A DNA stretch of 64,000 nucleotides from Paragordius varius (taxonomy: Eukaryota > Animalia > Nematomorpha): NCBI GenBank assembly GCA_964247055.1, contig OZ176056.1, positions 7,192,001 to 7,256,000 of the forward strand. The letters run 5' to 3'. Each line of letters begins with the position of its first letter. The stretch's first letter is position 1. A program made the position numbers and the translations under genes. The notes beneath the pieces were generated by a model. That model saw only the letters and a list, made by a program, of their open reading frames with translations. It was not told the origin of the DNA and made no database searches. Shown here one piece after another: positions 62,601 to 64,000 of the stretch.

Positions 62601-63990
62601 CATAACAACGTAGAGACCAGGAAAGCGTGGCCAGATTTACGTGTTATTGGCCTGAATTAGAAAATGACCTGGTAAAAGCCAGTAGTCAATGCGAATCGTG
62701 CCAACGTAGTAGGCCGAATCAGAATTATACATATCAGTGGGATCATAATGTTGCTGTGTGAGAGCGTTTGCATATTGATATAGCCGGACCGGACGGTTTT
62801 TATTAATTGTTGATAATTGATAGTGCCTTGAAATAGGCAGAAGGGTTTATTTTAAAAAAGGTAACCGCAGCTAATATAATCCAAAAAGTAGAAGAAACGT
62901 TTGCAAGGTTTGGCTTTGCAAGAGAGATCGTTAGCGATAACGCTTCGTATTTCAGTAATGAGTATTTCACGTCAACCTTAAGTACGTTAGGGGTGAAACA
63001 TATTAAGGTTACCCCCTACTACCCAAGAGTAATGGGATGGTAGAAAGGCTAGTGGGTTTAATAAAAAATAATGCGATATCCACCCACGAAGCGTTTAACA
63101 CTAGCTTATGGGCGTATAGAAATTCTATACACTCAAAAAAGAAAGAAACCCCGGTCAAGTTAATAATCAAGCGTACGCCCCATACCCCCTTAACCTGGTT
63201 AAATAGTAGGGCGAGATTTCTAGATGCACCGGCCCCCCGACGGCAGTTTGCCATTAATGACCAGGTAATGATTAAAAATGAGCTAAGTCCAGAATGGCGC
63301 GCCGGAGAGATTACGGACCGTACAGGGTTATTTTCATACAAGGTATGGGACAAGGACCGGGACAAAGTTGTGAGGAAACACGCTAACCAAATAGTACACC
63401 AGCCGCAACCACAACCTACCACTGCCAGCAACACAAGTGAGGAGGATGAAACCACTGCCAAGGATGATGGAACAATCGCCGAAACGCAACCCAACACGAT
63501 CAATCCAAGTTACGAAACCGAACCAATTACTCCGACAGCCGAAATTCCAAGACAACCAGCTCCCCCGCAAAAATACAGGAACGACGGGACCCAACAAGAA
63601 GTCGTCAGAAACCCGCCCGCTTTCGTTAGAACAGGGTAGTGATGTTATAGTGGTAACTGACAGGCTAATTTGAATGAACCTTTTATTATACTATTAGATT
63701 AACCGCACAAACAACATTCGTTATATATTATCATATTAACCTCTTATCTTATGTGTGTAGTATTATTATATTACTATAACCTCACCATCACGTATGATTA
63801 TTATTATTATACCTTGAGTTAATTGTTTAAAAGCAAACATCTCACCTTGATATATGTGAATACATTAGACCTAATTATCTTAGATATATGTATAGGTAGA
63901 TCATTATATACCAACGAATACATATATACAATATATTTACCGTTATTGACGCTACTTGTAGTCCCCATTTATTAAGGGGTAACCACAACA
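59428..63990 (+). mobile_element. Full-length but decayed Ty3/Gypsy retrotransposon with two LTRs (59428-~59769; 63643-63990)
   Basis: LTRs begin TGTTATAGTGGTAACTGACAGG; PBS-like TGGCCAAGACGAG; gag with CCHC knuckles, protease DTG, RT YLDD, RNase H ETDAS, integrase; PPT; multiple frameshifts. Confidence 0.95.
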
Positions 63991-64000
63991 AATTGGCATT

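Noticed and set aside
60001-63673. Minus-strand and overlapping ORFs in the track (60001, 60228, 60412, 61245, 63009, 63334, 63437)
   Set aside because: They are antisense or alternative-frame shadows of Gypsy gag/pol

Overview
Very AT-rich eukaryotic (apparently invertebrate animal) genomic DNA with GT-AG introns and (TA)n microsatellites. No prokaryotic features, CRISPR arrays or intact RNA genes were seen. Host genes: (1) a ~25.7-kb, 15-exon minus-strand gene (34878->9166, ~2250 aa) that aligns by eye along its whole length to nucleoporin Nup188 as I recall it, with two apparent single-base frame defects; (2) an intronless dual-specificity-phosphatase-fold gene (43426->41792) lacking the catalytic arginine, plus a 3'-truncated but still open tandem duplicate (46680->45451). 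Most of the rest is repetitive: three decayed Ty3/Gypsy LTR elements (one as an inverted pair inside a Nup188 intron), a twin-primed RTE-like LINE, at least six hAT-type elements (several with 8-bp TSDs), TA-targeting MITE families with 21-bp subterminal arrays, a ~163/326-bp satellite, and a possible decayed env-like ORF. All protein identifications come from remembered motifs, not database searches.
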